Below are positions 61,028-64,000 of a stretch of 64,000 nt of DNA, in pieces. Source of the DNA: Microbacterium sp. 70-16 (GTDB taxonomy: Bacteria > Actinomycetota > Actinomycetes > Actinomycetales > Microbacteriaceae); contig NZ_MKTQ01000009.1 of the NCBI RefSeq assembly GCF_001898315.1, positions 49,974 through 113,973 on the forward strand, given 5' to 3'. The translations under genes and the position numbers were made by a program. Below the pieces are notes generated by a model. The model searched no databases and was not told the DNA's origin. It worked only from the letters and a program-made list of their open reading frames with translations. Within the stretch, counting starts at the first letter, position 1. The number at the start of each line of letters is the position of its first letter.

Positions 61028-63742
61028 CTATGCGTTTGCATTGAGCCGACGCGCGCCGGCGCGCGCCCGCCGGATCGCCTTGAGGATCTCGACGGCGATG
61101 AAGATCGCGATCGAGAAGGCGATCGGCAGCAGCCACCCCTGGAGATCCAGCGGTGACGACCCGAACAGCGAGTGCATGAACGGAACGTATGTGTAGACCA
61201 GCTGCAGCGCGACGAGGGCGATCGCCGACCACCACACGACCGGGTTGCCGCGCAGCACGTCGAGCGTGAAGCTCGAGCGGTTCAGGAACCGGCAGTTCAG
61301 CAGGTAGGCGAGCTGGCCGAGCGCGAGCATCGTCACGGCCTCGGTGCGGGCGACGTCCAGATCCGCCCCCGAGGCGAGCGAGATGCCGAATACGGCGAGG
61401 GTCGCCCCGCCGATCAGCAGCGACACGACCAGGACGAAGCCGAGCTCGCGCCCCGAGATGATCGAGCCGCCGGGGCCGCGCGGCGGCCGCGTCATGATGC
61501 CGCGTTCGGCCGGCTCGTAGGCGAGTGCGAGCGAGAGGGTGACGGCGGTCACCATGTTGACCCACAGCACCTGTACCGGCGTCAGCGGCAGCGTCATTCC
61601 GAACACCACCGCGACGAGCACGACGAGCGACTGCGCGCCGTTGGTCGGCAGCAGGAACACGACCGACTTGCGCAGGTTGTCGTAGATGCGCCGCCCTTCG
61701 GCGATGGCACTGCGGATCGTCGCGAAGTTGTCGTCGGCCAAGACGATCTCGGCCGCCTCCTTCGTCGCCTCGGTGCCTTTGATGCCCATCGCGATGCCGA
61801 CGTCGGCACGCGTGAGCGCGGGGGCGTCGTTGACGCCGTCACCGGTCATCGCGACGACCTCGTCGTGCGACTGCAGGGCGCGCACGATGCGGATCTTGTG
61901 CTCGGGGCTCGTCCGCGCGAACACGTCGACGTCCTGCACGACCTTCGCGAGTTCGGCTTGCGACATGGCTTCAAGCTCGGCGCCGGTCAGCACGGCGGTC
62001 TCGGTATGAGCCGCGTCGACGAGCCCCATCTCACGGCTGATGGCGAGAGCCGTGCCCGCGTGGTCACCGGTGATCATCTTCACGCGGATGCCGGCGGCAT
62101 GGCAGTCCGCGATCGCCGTGATCGCCTCGGGGCGCGGCGGATCGAGGATGCCCCACAGGCCCAGGAACTCGAGGTCGATGAGGTCGTCGAGGTCCACGGC
62201 ATCCGCACGGGTGGGCTTGCGCGCCGCCGCGAGCACGCGCAGGCCCTGCGCGCTGAGCTCATCGATCGCCGCCTCCCAGAGCACGATGTCGAGCGGCTCC
62301 GAGCCGTGGGCGCCGCGCTGCGTGAGGGCACGCTCGAGAAGCCGATCGGGCGCTCCCTTCACGAGGATCGCGCGTGACCCGTCGCGGGCTTCGTCGAGCG
62401 TCGCCATGAACTTGTTGGCGGAGTCGAACGGCACGACGCCGAGGCGACGGGTGTCGGCGCGGCCCGCGCCGCCCTTCATCGCGACGACCTTGAGGGCACC
62501 CTCGGTCGGCTCGCCGACGAGCGTCCACGCGTCTGCCCCACTGGCGGAGACGCGGTCGAGGTGCGCGTCGTTGCACAGGTCAGCGACCGCCAGGAGCGCC
62601 GCGAGGTCACCGCCGCCGGCCGGCGTGATCTGCCCGATCGGGTCGTAGCCGAGCCCCGACACTTCGTAGCGCGCGAGCGGGGTCACCATGCTGCGCACGG
62701 TCATCTCGTTCTTCGTGAGGGTGCCGGTCTTGTCCGAGCACACGGTCGTGACCGATCCGAGGGCCTCGACGGCGGGCAGCTTGCGGGTGATCGCGTTCCG
62801 GCGGGCCATCTGCTGCACGCCGATCGCGAGCGTGATCGTCACGAGCGCGGGCAGTCCCTCGGGGATCGCCGCGACGGCGAATCCGATCGTCGCCGAGACG
62901 AGCTCCGGCATCGGCATCTGGTGCAGGTATCGCCCGATCAGCATCATGATCGCGGCCATTCCGAGGATGACCAGCGTCAGCACCTTGCCGAACGCGTCGA
63001 GCTGCTTCGTCAGCGGCGTGGCGAGCGACCCGGCCTCGCCGACGAGCTCCTGGATCTTGCCGATCTCGGTGCGCGCTCCTGTGCTGGTGACGATGCCCGT
63101 GCCCTGCCCGGCCGACACGATCGTGCCCGAGAACGCCATCGACGAACGGTCCCCGACGCCGGCGTCGGATGCCACGGCATCCGTCTGCTTCGATGCCGGC
63201 ACCGACTCGCCCGTCAGCGCGGCCTCCTCGATGCGCAGCTGCGTCGCCGAGAGCAGTCGCACGTCGGCGGGCACCTTGTCGCCCGGCATGAGCCGCACGA
63301 TGTCACCGGGAACGAGGTCGCGCGCGGCGATCGTCGTCCACGCGTCGCCGCGGCGGACCGTCGCATCGGCAGAGAGCATGCCGCGGATGCCGGCGAGCGC
63401 CTTCTCGGCGCGCCCCTCCTGCACGTAGCCGATCACGGCGTTGATGATCGCGACGGCCATGATGACCCAGAAGTCGAGCCAGTCCCCCATGACCGCCTTG
63501 ATCGCGGCGGCACCCAGCAGGATGTAGATGAGCGTGTCGTTGAAATGACTGAGGAAGCGCAGCCAGGCGGGCGTGCGCTTCGGCTCGGGCAGCTCGTTCG
63601 GGCCGACCGCGCTCAGCCGCGCGGCGGCTTCGGCGGGGTCGAGGCCGGTGGGCGCGGTGTCCAGCGTCTGGGCGACCACGTCCGCGTCGAGCGCGTATGG
63701 ACGGTCGACGGACAGCGGGGCAAGCGACGAGGGTGCGGCCAT
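61028..63742 (-). CDS. Cation-transporting P-type ATPase (P2-type, Ca2+/Mg2+-like)
   Basis: 904 aa with TGES, PEGLP, CSDKTGTLT, MITGDH and TGDGVNDAPAL, plus 10 TM helices. Confidence 0.95.
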   Translation of the reverse strand: MAAPSSLAPLSVDRPYALDADVVAQTLDTAPTGLDPAEAAARLSAVGPNELPEPKRTPAWLRFLSHFNDTLIYILLGAAAIKAVMGDWLDFWVIMAVAIINAVIGYVQEGRAEKALAGIRGMLSADATVRRGDAWTTIAARDLVPGDIVRLMPGDKVPADVRLLSATQLRIEEAALTGESVPASKQTDAVASDAGVGDRSSMAFSGTIVSAGQGTGIVTSTGARTEIGKIQELVGEAGSLATPLTKQLDAFGKVLTLVILGMAAIMMLIGRYLHQMPMPELVSATIGFAVAAIPEGLPALVTITLAIGVQQMARRNAITRKLPAVEALGSVTTVCSDKTGTLTKNEMTVRSMVTPLARYEVSGLGYDPIGQITPAGGGDLAALLAVADLCNDAHLDRVSASGADAWTLVGEPTEGALKVVAMKGGAGRADTRRLGVVPFDSANKFMATLDEARDGSRAILVKGAPDRLLERALTQRGAHGSEPLDIVLWEAAIDELSAQGLRVLAAARKPTRADAVDLDDLIDLEFLGLWGILDPPRPEAITAIADCHAAGIRVKMITGDHAGTALAISREMGLVDAAHTETAVLTGAELEAMSQAELAKVVQDVDVFARTSPEHKIRIVRALQSHDEVVAMTGDGVNDAPALTRADVGIAMGIKGTEATKEAAEIVLADDNFATIRSAIAEGRRIYDNLRKSVVFLLPTNGAQSLVVLVAVVFGMTLPLTPVQVLWVNMVTAVTLSLALAYEPAERGIMTRPPRGPGGSIISGRELGFVLVVSLLIGGATLAVFGISLASGADLDVARTEAVTMLALGQLAYLLNCRFLNRSSFTLDVLRGNPVVWWSAIALVALQLVYTYVPFMHSLFGSSPLDLQGWLLPIAFSIAIFIAVEILKAIRRARAGARRLNANA

Positions 63743-63796
63743 GGCGCGATCCTATTGCGCCGAGGCGTCACCCCAGAGAACTCCGCGCCGAAACGG

Positions 63797-64000
63797 TCAG
63801 GCAGCCCCGTCGAACATGCTCGTGACGGAGCCGTCTTCGAAGACCTCCTTGATCGCGCGCGCGAGCAGTGGCGCGATCGGCAGGATCGTCAGCGCGGGGA
63901 AGCGCTTCTCGGGCGGCAGCGGGACGGTGTCGGTGACGACGACCTCGTCGATCGCGGGGTCCTGCAGACGCTGCGTCGCGGGGTCGCTGAAGATCGCGTG
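63797..64000 (-). CDS. prs: Ribose-phosphate pyrophosphokinase, C-terminal 67 aa (5' part outside window)
   Basis: The minus strand is open from the window end to the TGA at 63797-63799. The translation is ..VVVTDTVPLPPEKRFPALTILPIAPLLARAIKEVFEDGSVTSMFDGAA, a typical Prs C-terminus. It is absent from the ORF track because no start codon lies in the window. Confidence 0.8.
   Translation of the reverse strand, partial: HAIFSDPATQRLQDPAIDEVVVTDTVPLPPEKRFPALTILPIAPLLARAIKEVFEDGSVTSMFDGAA

Noticed and set aside
21634-63796. Prophage, integrative element or transposon explaining the 42-kb block between ctc and prs.
   Set aside because: I found no integrase, recombinase, transposase, phage structural or conjugation genes. 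There is no flanking tRNA, no terminal direct or inverted repeats that I could see, and composition is uniform by eye. I keep it only as a synteny observation.

Overview
This is a 64-kb chromosomal segment from a very GC-rich Actinomycetota genome. Gene content and protein sequences look Microbacteriaceae-like, but that is inference only. I support about 57 protein-coding genes. I found no rRNA or tRNA genes, no CRISPR array and no transposase, integrase or phage genes. Layout: (1) 1-4.1 kb holds a HAD hydrolase plus an ECF-type transporter (S component, fused A-A' ATPase, T component). (2) 4.1-21.6 kb is mostly housekeeping: a GntR/membrane-protein pair, a hotdog-fold protein, an SGNH hydrolase, hisS, mazG, nhaA, ppc, a gamma-carbonic-anhydrase-like protein, gdhA, mfd, pth and rplY/ctc. 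(3) 22-50.4 kb is a large sugar-acid/glycoside utilisation region. It contains an idonate/5-ketogluconate-like module, three gluconokinase paralogues, a ManD-type dehydratase, MHS and GPH transporters, IclR and LacI regulators, a peptide-type ABC importer, two Gfo/Idh/MocA oxidoreductases with TIM-barrel partners, GH3, uxaC, a uxuB-like gene and gnd. (4) 50.4-56.2 kb holds corA, a MacB-type ABC exporter and a divergent OmpR/histidine-kinase pair. (5) 56.2-57.9 kb holds a DUF559 nuclease-fold gene bracketed by arrays of a ~51-nt hairpin repeat; the same repeat forms another array at 15.7-16.1 kb. (6) 57.9-63.7 kb holds an ApbE / FMN-binding lipoprotein / membrane-FNR fusion module and a P-type ATPase. 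(7) The window ends with the 3' end of prs. Most long entries in the ORF track are GC-rich shadow ORFs antisense to real genes, or 5'-extended versions of real genes. I re-set starts using RBS, 4-nt overlaps and family N-termini. The most notable observations are the hairpin-repeat family and its REPtron-like association with the DUF559 gene, a predicted LacI regulon (six paired palindromes), a predicted IclR regulon (three palindromes), a possible oxidation/elimination type glycoside-cleavage cluster, a minimal Nqr/Rnf-like flavin module, and a Walker-A-lysine-less gluconokinase paralogue. Every functional call rests on motif recognition by eye. No database search was run.
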